From an uncultured Kiloniellales bacterium (GTDB lineage: Bacteria; Actinomycetota; Acidimicrobiia; Spongiisociales; UBA5794), in contig CAXMSN010000001.1 in assembly GCA_964196275.1 (NCBI GenBank), forward strand, positions 12,769 through 76,768: a stretch of 64,000 nucleotides of DNA. Reading direction: 5' to 3'. Position 1 is the stretch's first letter. Each line of letters opens with the position of its first letter. A model generated the notes under the pieces. It was not told the origin of the DNA and made no database searches. It worked only from the letters and a program-made list of their open reading frames with translations. Both the position numbers and the translations under genes were made by a program. Positions 19,273 to 28,075 of the stretch are shown here, piece by piece.

Positions 19273-19520
19273 GCCAGGGCGAGATTGTCGAAAAGGTCGT
19301 TACGTACGTTGTATCCGAGATCGTTGACAACCCCGATGACATCGAGGTTGCGATCGTCCCCGATGGCTCCGATGCCGTTGTCGCAGAGGTGCGCACAGCA
19401 AAGAGCGACATGGGTCGTGTGATCGGAAAGCGTGGCCGTGTAGCCCGCGCCATCCGCAACGTTGCAGGTCAGGCCGGAGAAGAAGAGGGCCTCGGCGTCG
19501 ACGTCGACTTCCTCGACTGA
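19269..19520 (+). CDS. KH-domain RNA-binding protein (YlqC/Rv2908c-like)
   Basis: 83 aa with the KH GxxG loop (VIGKRGRVARAIRNV). Sits between rpsP and rimM, as in other actinobacteria. Confidence 0.75.
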   Translation: MSQGEIVEKVVTYVVSEIVDNPDDIEVAIVPDGSDAVVAEVRTAKSDMGRVIGKRGRVARAIRNVAGQAGEEEGLGVDVDFLD

Positions 19521-19521
19521 C

Positions 19522-20085
19522 GTGGCCGAAGGCCATACAGATCGCATCCCCGTCGGATACGTGCGAAGACCGCACGGCATTCGTGGGGATGTTGTCGTTC
19601 GCGGCCTCGTAGACGACGCCGAAGCCAAGTTCGCAGTAGGAGCATCGTTCCTTTCGAACGAAGACCCGCCCGCTGATCTGACGATCGCGATGGTTGCTCC
19701 CTTGAAGGGCGACTACAGGATCCACTTCGAGGAGGTCTCCGACAGAAATCGCTCGGAGGGTCTCCAAGGCGTGCAGATCACAGTTCCGTCCGGCGAACGC
19801 AGGCAACTCGAAGACGACGGGTGGTGGCCCGAGGACCTGATCGGGTGCCAGGTACTCGACGCCGAAGGCAGCGAGATCGCCGTGGTTCGCGAGGTCATCA
19901 TCGGGAGCGCCCAAGATCGCCTGGCGGTAGAGGCGAAGGATGGCTCCACGGCCGAGATCCCATTCGTCGATGCACTCGTCCTCAAGGTCGACATCGCCAA
20001 CGATGAGATCATCGTCGATCTCCCGGACGGCCTGTTCGAGTCGACGGACCACGGACCACGGACCACGGACGGCAGAAGTTCTTAG
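19522..20085 (+). CDS. rimM: Ribosome maturation factor RimM
   Basis: GTG start immediately after the KH-gene stop. Contains the RimM GIRGDVVV motif and a PRC barrel. Its C-terminal residues DHGPRTTDG are encoded by a GGACCAC heptad repeat. Confidence 0.8.
   Translation: MAEGHTDRIPVGYVRRPHGIRGDVVVRGLVDDAEAKFAVGASFLSNEDPPADLTIAMVAPLKGDYRIHFEEVSDRNRSEGLQGVQITVPSGERRQLEDDGWWPEDLIGCQVLDAEGSEIAVVREVIIGSAQDRLAVEAKDGSTAEIPFVDALVLKVDIANDEIIVDLPDGLFESTDHGPRTTDGRSS
20046..20070 (+). repeat. (GGACCAC)x3.5 tandem heptamer inside the rimM 3' coding end
   Basis: A perfect GGACCACGGACCACGGACCACGGAC run. It is the reverse complement of the GTGGTCC unit in the 641-696 array. Confidence 0.8.
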
Positions 20086-20160
20086 ATCTGGCGACAGGCG
20101 GGCGTCGTGGCAGCGATCGCGACGACGTTCAAATCGAGGAAGCGACATTTCGTCCTTTTC

Positions 20161-20194
20161 TGGTCTGTTGTCTGTGGTCTGTTGTCTGTGGTCC
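20161..20194 (+). repeat. (TGGTCTGTTGTCTG)x2 + TGGTCC tandem repeat upstream of icmF
   Basis: Two perfect 14-mers followed by TGGTCC. It ends 25 nt before the icmF ATG. GTGGTC-family motif. Confidence 0.8.
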
Positions 20195-20218
20195 TCCGCC
20201 GTGACCTAATCTCGCCTT

Positions 20219-23200
20219 ATGGCCGACCAACCGACTGTCCGCATCGTTACCGCTACGTCGTTGTTCGACGGGCACGATGCGGCGATCAACATCATGCGCC
20301 GGATCCTTCAGTCGTCAGGTGCTGAGGTCATCCATCTCGGCCACGACCGCTCCGCCGCGACGATCGCCGAAGCTGCGATCGAAGAGGATGCTCACGCCGT
20401 TGCGGTGACCTCGTATCAGGGTGGGCACATCGAGTTCTATCGATATCTCCGCTCTCTGCTCGATGATTCCGGTGGCTCCGACATCCAGATCTTCGGAGGC
20501 GGAGGTGGAACCATTCTCCCTGCAGAAGGCAAGGAACTCCTTGATGAGGGCACCGTCCGAATCTACTCCCCGGATGATGGCCGAAGGATGGGTCTCGAAG
20601 GCATGGTCGATCACCTCATCGCTGCCGCCAGATCCGAGAAGCCGGGTTTTGAAGGGGTATTTGACGGCGTGATGAACGGCGACAGCGCCGCGATCGCCCG
20701 AGCGATCACGCTAGCCGAGAGTGCCGCCGCTTCGAATGCCGAACTCCTCGATGCGATCCGTGATGCCGGAGCGGATACGAACGTCCCTGTGGTCGGATTC
20801 ACAGGCACCGGAGGTGCGGGCAAGTCCTCGATCCTCGACGAACTCGTGCTTCGATTTCGTGCCGATCTCCCTGATCACAGGATCGCCGTCATCTCGGTCG
20901 ATCCCTCCCGGCGTCGAACGGGAGGTGCGCTGCTTGGCGACCGCATCCGGATGAACTCAGTCGTCGGAGATCACTGCTTCATGCGTTCCCTGGCCACGCG
21001 GCAAGCGAACCTGTCGATGTCGCCCCACGTCGCAGACTCGGTGTCCATCGTGAAGGCAGCCGGGTTCGATCTGGTGCTCCTCGAGACATCAGGCATCGGG
21101 CAATCCGATACCCAGATCGTGGATGCTTCTGATGTGTCCGTGTACGTGATGACGCCCGAATACGGCGCTGCGACACAACTCGAGAAGATCGACATGCTCG
21201 ATTTCGCAGATCTGGTCGTCATCAACAAGTCCGACAGGCCTGGCGCCGACGACGCCCTTCGCGATGTTCGCAAGCAGGTCAAGCGGAATCGCAAGATGTT
21301 CGAAGCTTCAGACGAAGAGATCCCCGTTCTCGCAACGGTGGCATCGCGCTTCAACGACGCTGGTACACAAGCCATGTACGAAGCAGTGATGAGTCTCGTT
21401 ACAGACGCGTTCCCTGACGCTCTCGGGCCCATTCGGCACCGATCGGGGACACCGAACACCACGCCACTCATCCCCAGATCACGGGTGCGATATCTGTCAG
21501 AGATCTCCGATGCGGTTCGTGCGTACAACGCAGAGACAGATCGCTTTGTCGATGTTGCCCAAGACCTTCAAGCCATTGACAGGTTGGTCGCGATATCACC
21601 TGAGGCCCATACAGCAGCGGAAGGATCCGTAGAAGAGCTTCCCGAAGATGTAGGTTCGCAACTCGCAGCGTGGGACGCCACCGCCGACGAATACGCCGCA
21701 GATTCGGTGTCGTATGTCGTGAGGGGCAAGACGCTCGACGTTGACAACGCCGTCGAGAGCCTCTCGGGTACGACGTTCCCGAAGGTGATCCACCCAAGGC
21801 TGAGCGGCTGGGGAGACCGTCTGAGGTGGCTGCGCCAGGAGAATCTGCCCGGACGGTTCCCGTTCACTGCGGGAGTGTTTCCGTTCAAACGGGAGCGGGA
21901 AGACCCAACGAGGATGTTCGCCGGGGAGGGCGGCCCCGAGCAGACCAACCGACGATTCCACTACCTCGCGTCCGGCATGCCAGCCATCCGGCTCTCGACC
22001 GCGTTCGACTCTGTGACTTTGTACGGGAACGACCCCGATCCACGGCCAGACATCTACGGCAAGGTCGGGAACTCGGGTGTCTCGGTGTCGACACTCGATG
22101 ACGCCAAGAAGCTGTACTCAGGCTTCGACCTTCGCGATCCCACGACATCTGTATCGATGACGATCAACGGGCCTGCTCCGATGATGCTTGCCTTCTTCCT
22201 GAACACGGCTGTCGATCAGGCGTGCGAGAGGTACATCATCGAAAGTGGGCTTGGCGAACAGGCAGGTGTCACCGTCTCCGAGATCTTCGCCGAGCGCGGC
22301 GTGGAACAGCCCAGGTACCACGGCGCACTTCCCCCGGGACACGACGGGTCTGGTCTCATGTTGCTCGGCATCTCCGGCGAGGACGTTCTCGATGCTGAGG
22401 TGTACGAGAAGATCAAGATCGAGACGCTCGCCGCCGTGCGAGGCACCATACAGGCCGACATCCTCAAAGAGGATCAGGCTCAGAACACATGCATCTTCTC
22501 CACGGAATTCGCCCTTTCGATGCAGGGCGACATGCAGCAGTATTTCATCGACAATGACATCAGGAACTTCTACTCCGTCTCGATATCTGGCTACCACATG
22601 GCGGAAGCCGGAGCCAACCCGATCACGCAGTTGGCCTTCACGCTTGCGAATGGCTTCACCTTCGTCGAGTACTACAGAGCAAGGGGCATGGCCGTTGACG
22701 ACTTCGCACCGAACCTGAGCTTCTTCTTCTCGAATGGCATCGACCCCGAGTACGCCGTCATCGGGAGGGTTGCGAGGCGAATCTGGGCCAAAGCGATGGA
22801 CAACCTGTACGGAGCCTCGGAGCGGAGCCAGAAGCTCAAGTACCACATCCAAACATCAGGTCGGTCGCTCCATGCACAGGAGATCGGTTTCAATGACATT
22901 CGAACGACGTTGCAAGCCCTGTATGCGATCTACGACAACACGAACTCGCTCCACACGAACGCGTACGACGAAGCGATCACGACTCCGACAGAGGACTCCG
23001 TGCGTCGAGCACTTGCTATCCAGCTGATCATCAACAAGGAGCTCGGCCTTGCCAAGAACGAGAACCCCTTGCAAGGCTCGTTCATCATCGAAGAACTGAC
23101 AGATCTCGTTGAGGAAGCGGTTCTTGTCGAATTCGACCGGCTCACCGACCGAGGCGGAGTCCTCGGTGCGATGGAGTCGATGTACCAGCGATCGAAGATC

Positions 23201-23539
23201 CAGGAGGAGTCGATGCGGTACGAGCATCTCAAGAACAACGGAGAACTTCCCATCGTCGGTGTCAACACGTTCCTTTCTACCGATGGCTCACCCTTCGTCA
23301 TTCCAGAAGAAGTGATCAGATCCGACAGCGCAGCCAAGGACCAGCTGATCGCCGACACGGCGACACTGAAGGATTCGATGGCCAAACAAGCGGAGGCCTC
23401 GGTTCGTGAGGTCCAGGCGGCGGCTCTGGCCGGCGAGAACGTATTCGCCGCCCTCATGGAAGCGGCAAAGGTCTGTTCCCTCGGAGCCATGACCCACGCC
23501 CTTCACGCCGTAGGCGGTCAGTACCGCCGGAACATGTAA
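20219..23539 (+). CDS. icmF: Fused isobutyryl-CoA mutase IcmF (B12-binding domain + MeaB-like G-protein + mutase substrate domain)
   Basis: 1106 aa. N-terminal B12 domain ([12 protein letters not shown]), central P-loop GTPase ([12 protein letters not shown], MeaB/ArgK-like), C-terminal methylmalonyl-CoA-mutase-like TIM barrel. The domain order is diagnostic of IcmF. Confidence 0.85.
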   Translation: MADQPTVRIVTATSLFDGHDAAINIMRRILQSSGAEVIHLGHDRSAATIAEAAIEEDAHAVAVTSYQGGHIEFYRYLRSLLDDSGGSDIQIFGGGGGTILPAEGKELLDEGTVRIYSPDDGRRMGLEGMVDHLIAAARSEKPGFEGVFDGVMNGDSAAIARAITLAESAAASNAELLDAIRDAGADTNVPVVGFTGTGGAGKSSILDELVLRFRADLPDHRIAVISVDPSRRRTGGALLGDRIRMNSVVGDHCFMRSLATRQANLSMSPHVADSVSIVKAAGFDLVLLETSGIGQSDTQIVDASDVSVYVMTPEYGAATQLEKIDMLDFADLVVINKSDRPGADDALRDVRKQVKRNRKMFEASDEEIPVLATVASRFNDAGTQAMYEAVMSLVTDAFPDALGPIRHRSGTPNTTPLIPRSRVRYLSEISDAVRAYNAETDRFVDVAQDLQAIDRLVAISPEAHTAAEGSVEELPEDVGSQLAAWDATADEYAADSVSYVVRGKTLDVDNAVESLSGTTFPKVIHPRLSGWGDRLRWLRQENLPGRFPFTAGVFPFKREREDPTRMFAGEGGPEQTNRRFHYLASGMPAIRLSTAFDSVTLYGNDPDPRPDIYGKVGNSGVSVSTLDDAKKLYSGFDLRDPTTSVSMTINGPAPMMLAFFLNTAVDQACERYIIESGLGEQAGVTVSEIFAERGVEQPRYHGALPPGHDGSGLMLLGISGEDVLDAEVYEKIKIETLAAVRGTIQADILKEDQAQNTCIFSTEFALSMQGDMQQYFIDNDIRNFYSVSISGYHMAEAGANPITQLAFTLANGFTFVEYYRARGMAVDDFAPNLSFFFSNGIDPEYAVIGRVARRIWAKAMDNLYGASERSQKLKYHIQTSGRSLHAQEIGFNDIRTTLQALYAIYDNTNSLHTNAYDEAITTPTEDSVRRALAIQLIINKELGLAKNENPLQGSFIIEELTDLVEEAVLVEFDRLTDRGGVLGAMESMYQRSKIQEESMRYEHLKNNGELPIVGVNTFLSTDGSPFVIPEEVIRSDSAAKDQLIADTATLKDSMAKQAEASVREVQAAALAGENVFAALMEAAKVCSLGAMTHALHAVGGQYRRNM

Positions 23540-23555
23540 TCGCTCGGCTACGCCT

Positions 23556-23708
23556 CGCTCCGGACCATGGACTACGAGGCTTCCCCGTATTACGTATGAC
23601 GTATGACGTACTCCGGAGCGGCCTCGACGTTGTTCTGCTGATTGATCGATCAGAGCCGAGCGGCTTGGTAGAGAGCTACGGGCATTTCCGTGGTCCGTAG
23701 TCCTCTGC
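23556..23708 (+). repeat. Composite TACGTA-hairpin plus GTCCGTAGTCCTCTGC element, copy 2
   Basis: Inverted repeat CGCTCCGG (23556-63) / CCGGAGCG (23613-20) enclosing GGACCATGGACTAC and GTATTACGTATGACGTATGACGTAC. It is followed at 23688-23708 by CCGTGGTCCGTAGTCCTCTGC. It lies between convergent icmF and the Rieske-TPP gene. Confidence 0.55.
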
Positions 23709-25639
23709 TAGTACTGAAGCTTGCTTGAGCGGATGTCCAGGACGCCTGGGCCCTTGGTGGCGAAGAGTTCGGTCATTCCTTCGTCAAGATCTGCGGGCGT
23801 TTCGACGCGTCGGCCGTACATGTCGAGGGAGGTCGCCATGTTGGCCCACGATGGGTTTTTGAGCTTCGTTGCCCATACGTGCGTGTTTGCGAGTTGCTGT
23901 TCTGCGGTGATCTTTCCAAGCTCGTCGTTGGAGAGGACGAGCATCTTCACGTTGAGGTCGTGGAGAGCAACGGTCGCGAGTTCCAGTGCGTACTGGCCGA
24001 ATCCGCCGTCGCCTGCGATGCCCACGATGGTCTTCTCCGGATACGCGGCCGCAGCACCGATCGCGGCCGGCAATGCGTATCCGATCGAACCAAGCCATCC
24101 CGACATCGCGACCCGTTGCCCGTTCGCCTGGAAGTACCGGCCAAAGGAGTAGGTCGAATTGCCAACGTCGAGTGCGACGATCGCGTCGTGGGGAATGTGT
24201 CGTTCAAGAGCCGTGAAGATCGCTGCACTCGTCAGCCGTCCGTCACGATCGAGTCCCAATCTGGATCGCTTCCTCTCGTTCCACCAGGCCTTTCGCGTTT
24301 CCAACCACTCCCGGAGTTCCGGACGATCCTTCGCTGCCGTTACGGTTGTCAGCGCTGTTGCGGTCTCCCCAGCGTCAGCCAGAGCGAACACCTCCACGTT
24401 CGCACCGTTGCGACGAGACGCAAGCGGGTCGGTATCGATCCGAACGACGCGGCGTTTCGGTGTGATCCCCGTGTGGGGAGCCATGCCTCCGCCGAACACG
24501 ACGATCAGATCCGACCGCGTCTGCATCGCGGCGGAAACGGGTGTGCCCGACCTGCCGAGAACGCCTGTCGACAGCGCCGACGTCTCGTCGACGCAACCCT
24601 TCGCCGGGAAGGTCGTCGCAACGGCGGCGTCAACGTGTTCCGCCAGGTCGAGGATGGCGCTGGCGTGCGGTCCGCCGCCCCTGCCGATCACGAACAGCGG
24701 CGTTTCAGCCTCGTCGATCATCCTGGCGATCTCGACGACATCCTGGGGCGTGGGGGAGAGGTGGTTTTCGAGCGGGCGGATGGGGACGTGTACATCGTCA
24801 GTGGCTGGCAATGTCTGGACGTCGTCGGGAATCACAAGATGGGAGATGTCATGCTGCGTTGTTGCATACGTAAGCATGTCGGCTGCCACATCGGGGCCGT
24901 CGCTCGCAGACATTCGCTTTGACCATCCGGCGACAGGCCCCATAGCGCTTACAAGCGGAACTTCCTGGAACGCCCTGGTTCCGAGCAGTTTCGTCGGAAT
25001 CTGGCCCGTGATAGCGAGCAGCGGCGTGTTCGAGAGTTTCGCGTCCCACATTCCGGTGTACAGGTTCGTCGCACCCGGACCCGCGATAGCGAAACAGACA
25101 GCGGGCTTCCCTGTCAGCTTTCCGAACGACGATGCAGCGAACGCTGCCGCACCTTCGTGTCGCACGCCGATGAATCGAAGGTCGCCACGTTTCTCTGCCG
25201 CTCGGAAGGCATCGGCGAGGCCGAGATTCGAGTGTCCGACTATGCCGAAGACCGCTGTGATCCCACCCTCGACGAGTTCGTCCACGACCTGTGTCATGAG
25301 CGTTGTGTCATGGATGACTGGTTCCTCGACTCCAATGTGGATTCCGTCGTCGCGCTCCTCGACGGGAAAGCATTCAACACGGTCATCGAACGGGCCGGGT
25401 GTCTCGCCCGTCTTCGGGTCGTATTCCCAGCCATGCCATGGACAGACGAGCCACTGACCCTCAATGAGACCTTCCCCGAGCGGCCCCCCCTGGTGTGGGC
25501 AGCGGTTGGAGACGGCTCCCCAGCCGTCCTCGGTCCGCGACAGCGCGAGCGTGAAGTGGCCTGCTTGAACCACCGTGACGGTTCCCACGGCGATCTCATC
25601 TGCGTCGGCAACCCGGAACCAAGTAAGCGAATCGGTCAT
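23708..25639 (-). CDS. Rieske [2Fe-2S] domain fused to a thiamine-pyrophosphate/FAD-type (acetolactate synthase/pyruvate oxidase-like) enzyme
   Basis: N-terminal Rieske ligand motifs CPHQGGPL and CPWHGWEY. These are followed by TPP_enzyme N/M/C architecture: catalytic Glu in RHEGAAAFAA, and GDGGFGQY...LSNDELGKI matching the TPP/Mg motif. ATG 25639 preferred over the in-frame GTG 25657, which lies inside a repeat. Confidence 0.8.
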   Translation of the reverse strand: MTDSLTWFRVADADEIAVGTVTVVQAGHFTLALSRTEDGWGAVSNRCPHQGGPLGEGLIEGQWLVCPWHGWEYDPKTGETPGPFDDRVECFPVEERDDGIHIGVEEPVIHDTTLMTQVVDELVEGGITAVFGIVGHSNLGLADAFRAAEKRGDLRFIGVRHEGAAAFAASSFGKLTGKPAVCFAIAGPGATNLYTGMWDAKLSNTPLLAITGQIPTKLLGTRAFQEVPLVSAMGPVAGWSKRMSASDGPDVAADMLTYATTQHDISHLVIPDDVQTLPATDDVHVPIRPLENHLSPTPQDVVEIARMIDEAETPLFVIGRGGGPHASAILDLAEHVDAAVATTFPAKGCVDETSALSTGVLGRSGTPVSAAMQTRSDLIVVFGGGMAPHTGITPKRRVVRIDTDPLASRRNGANVEVFALADAGETATALTTVTAAKDRPELREWLETRKAWWNERKRSRLGLDRDGRLTSAAIFTALERHIPHDAIVALDVGNSTYSFGRYFQANGQRVAMSGWLGSIGYALPAAIGAAAAYPEKTIVGIAGDGGFGQYALELATVALHDLNVKMLVLSNDELGKITAEQQLANTHVWATKLKNPSWANMATSLDMYGRRVETPADLDEGMTELFATKGPGVLDIRSSKLQY

Positions 25640-25650
25640 GGATGCAGAGT

Positions 25651-25692
25651 AGACCACGGACCACGGACTACAGACTTCGGACTACGGAACCT
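25651..25692 (+). repeat. Degenerate heptad array AGACCAC-GGACCAC-GGACTAC-AGACTTC-GGACTAC-GGAACCT
   Basis: Six 7-nt units lying 12 nt upstream of the Rieske-TPP ATG. It reads GTGGTCC on the gene's sense strand. It lies between the lipoprotein gene and the Rieske-TPP gene. Confidence 0.7.
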
Positions 25693-26545
25693 CGATTACC
25701 ACGATCGTGCCTACTTCGGGGTCGATGGCGACGTCCCCTGAGCCGACGAAGATCTCGACCGTGCCCGACGGCCCGTCTGGGATCGAGACGACGAAGGCCT
25801 GCCACGCATCTGTCCATCCTGGCAGCGAGTGCGAGATGTCCGTGACGACCTCGCCGTCTGACACGAGTTGTACCTTGGTGGATGGCTCGCTCGGTGCTGC
25901 GTATCCCTCGACGGTGAAGGGGTAGATCGTCGGACCTGCCGGAGGGGTCACCACGATGGCGGTTCTGGACGTTCCCGCTCCAATCGGGTGGGCATCCGAC
26001 TCCGATGCGATCACGTCGATGACGAGCGTCGACGGGGAGGCAGTCACGAAGGCGCGTGCGGCGATAGCCAGACCATGCCGTCCGTGGATATCGATCGACA
26101 TCGCGTCGTCATCACCTCGTACGACGAACGCTCTTTCAACGAGGTTCCCATCGGCGAGCATGTCGGCGACTGCAGTGTCCGTGAGTTCGGCTGGAAGGGC
26201 AATACGAACCACCGATGCAAAGCTGAGAACCGAGACGCCGGTTGGTCCGAGCGTCTTGGCTGGTGCTCCTGATGTTGACGCGAACGCGATGGTTATCCGC
26301 TCGCACGAAGCAGACCCGTCCCACCGGATGCTCGAGAGCGTCGTGGCATCGCCAACGTCCTCGCCAAGGGCAGCGACGAGTCCGTCCTCACCGAATTTCA
26401 GATCGCCGCTCTTGCAGATCTCGTCGGACGGCTGGGTCGTCGTTGTCGTCACGACCACTGACGTGGTCGTCACCGATGGCGATGGCTCCCCGGGCGAGCA
26501 GGAAGACACCGCAAGGGCGATCAATGCAAGAGTCCACCAGCGCAT
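25682..26545 (-). CDS. Hypothetical secreted lipoprotein
   Basis: Signal peptide plus lipobox (MRWWTLALIALAVSSCS), then a Thr-rich linker (VTTTSVVVTTTTTQ). No recognisable catalytic motif. Sits upstream of the Rieske-TPP gene on the same strand. Confidence 0.6.
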   Translation of the reverse strand: MRWWTLALIALAVSSCSPGEPSPSVTTTSVVVTTTTTQPSDEICKSGDLKFGEDGLVAALGEDVGDATTLSSIRWDGSASCERITIAFASTSGAPAKTLGPTGVSVLSFASVVRIALPAELTDTAVADMLADGNLVERAFVVRGDDDAMSIDIHGRHGLAIAARAFVTASPSTLVIDVIASESDAHPIGAGTSRTAIVVTPPAGPTIYPFTVEGYAAPSEPSTKVQLVSDGEVVTDISHSLPGWTDAWQAFVVSIPDGPSGTVEIFVGSGDVAIDPEVGTIVVIEVP

Positions 26546-26614
26546 GGCTCGCAGGCTACCGCCCGAAGGTTCACACACGAGGAAGCACCGGAGGACGGAC
26601 GTTTTGAGCACGAC

Positions 26615-28045
26615 TTGACAAATGGTCGGGAATTCCCGACAATACCGCCGATGGATGATCTCACCACGTCAGAAGACGAACTCACGACGCCTGGAGAAGA
26701 GTCAGCACCGGCTGATCCGCCACGGTTCGGGCGTACCTTCCTGATCGTGTGGTTCGGACAGGTGATATCGCTCGTAGGCAGCGGACTCACGTGGTTCGGG
26801 CTGAGCATCTGGGTCTTTCTTGAGACGGGATCCGTCACGTCCCTGGCGATGGTGCTCCTTGCATCGAACCTGCCCCGGATCCTTCTGTCTCCGGTCGCCG
26901 GTGCCCTCGTCGACCGGTGGGACCGCCGTTGGGCGATGATCCTGTCCGACGCAGGATCGGGAGTCGGCACGATCATCATCTTCGTGCTGTTCCTCAACGA
27001 TGCGGCGAGCATCACTGCGCTGATCGTCGTGGGCGCCTTCTCCTCAGTGTTCCAGGCGTTCCAATGGCCGGCGTATCAAGCATCGATCTCGCTTCTCGTC
27101 CCGAAGGAGAGTTACCAGCGTGCATCTGGCATGGTGCAGATGGCTGAGGCGATCTCGCAACTCATCGCCCCGTTACTGGCTGCGGTTGCCATCGTCGGGC
27201 TTGGCGTGACGGGACTCGTTCTCATCGATGTGGTCACGTTCACGTTTGCAATCGTGACGTTGCTCGTCGTCCGATTTCCTCGGCCACCGAAGAGTGAGGT
27301 AGGTGAGGAGTCGAAGGGCTCCTTGTGGCAGGAGACGCTGTTCGGTTTCAAGTACATCTTCGCCCGTCATGGTTTGTTCGCTCTTCTCATGTTCTTCGCA
27401 GCGGTGAACTTTGCGTTCGGCTTCCTCGGCCCGATGCTGATCGCTTTCATGCTCAGCGTCGGCAGTGAGACGACGCTTGGCCTGACTGTCACCATCGGAA
27501 GCACGGGCATGCTCGTGGGTTCGATCGTCGCAGCGACCTGGGCGGAGGCAGAACACAAGGTCAAAGGGATCCTTCTTGCCTCGATGGTGCTGGGCACCGT
27601 GATGATCACGATGGGTTGGACAACTTCGCTGGTCATCATCGTTGCATCGATGTGGATTGGGATGTTCTCCGTTCCGATCCTTGGTGCGATGAGCCAGGCG
27701 ATATGGATGGTGAAGGTGGAGCCTGACGTGCAAGGGCGCGTGTTCGCGGTGCGGGGAATGCTCGCTCAGTTGACGTCGCCGCTGGCGCTCTTGGTCGCTG
27801 GACCGCTTGCCGACCGGGTGTTCGTTCCGCTGATGACGGAGTCGTCGGGTCTCGGTGACTTCCTTCAGTCACTCATGGGGAGCGGAACTGCCAGTGGATA
27901 CGGACTGTTCTTCGTGGCGATCGGCGTGTTCGTGATCGCCTCAGCTTTCGTCGCGTGGTCGTACGAACCGTTACGCAATCTTGAGACGGATGTTCCCGAC
28001 GCCGTAGGTCTTCCGTCCGTCGAGACTGCCGCCGACGGCGTCTGA
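26615..28045 (+). CDS. MFS transporter
   Basis: 476 aa with about 12-14 predicted TM helices (LIVWFGQVISLVGSGL...). The alternative start at Met13 (26651) is plausible. Sits directly upstream of cofG. Confidence 0.8.
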   Translation: MTNGREFPTIPPMDDLTTSEDELTTPGEESAPADPPRFGRTFLIVWFGQVISLVGSGLTWFGLSIWVFLETGSVTSLAMVLLASNLPRILLSPVAGALVDRWDRRWAMILSDAGSGVGTIIIFVLFLNDAASITALIVVGAFSSVFQAFQWPAYQASISLLVPKESYQRASGMVQMAEAISQLIAPLLAAVAIVGLGVTGLVLIDVVTFTFAIVTLLVVRFPRPPKSEVGEESKGSLWQETLFGFKYIFARHGLFALLMFFAAVNFAFGFLGPMLIAFMLSVGSETTLGLTVTIGSTGMLVGSIVAATWAEAEHKVKGILLASMVLGTVMITMGWTTSLVIIVASMWIGMFSVPILGAMSQAIWMVKVEPDVQGRVFAVRGMLAQLTSPLALLVAGPLADRVFVPLMTESSGLGDFLQSLMGSGTASGYGLFFVAIGVFVIASAFVAWSYEPLRNLETDVPDAVGLPSVETAADGV

Positions 28046-28075
28046 GAGTCCGCCGAGGCGTGATACCTTCTCTCC

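Noticed and set aside
19462-19521. Upstream start for rimM overlapping the KH-protein gene (MQVRPEKKRASAS...).
   Set aside because: It is out of character for RimM N-termini and overlaps 59 nt of the KH gene. The GTG at 19522, right after the KH stop, gives a normal-length RimM.
20086-20218. Possible cobalamin riboswitch ahead of the B12-dependent icmF.
   Set aside because: The intergenic region is only 133 nt and is dominated by the tandem repeats. It is too short for a cobalamin riboswitch (~200 nt), and no B12-box-like sequence was seen.
25655-25657. GTG start given by the ORF track for the Rieske-TPP gene (MVYSAS...).
   Set aside because: That codon lies inside the heptad repeat array. 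An in-frame ATG 18 nt downstream (25639, MTDSLTWF) is the more plausible start.
26611-26615. Back-to-back divergent starts of the lipoprotein and MFS genes only 3 nt apart, as implied by the ORF track.
   Set aside because: This is an artefact of the longest-ORF calls. The lipoprotein signal peptide begins at the internal Met (26545), and the MFS transporter may start at Met13 (26651). That leaves a normal ~100-nt divergent promoter region.
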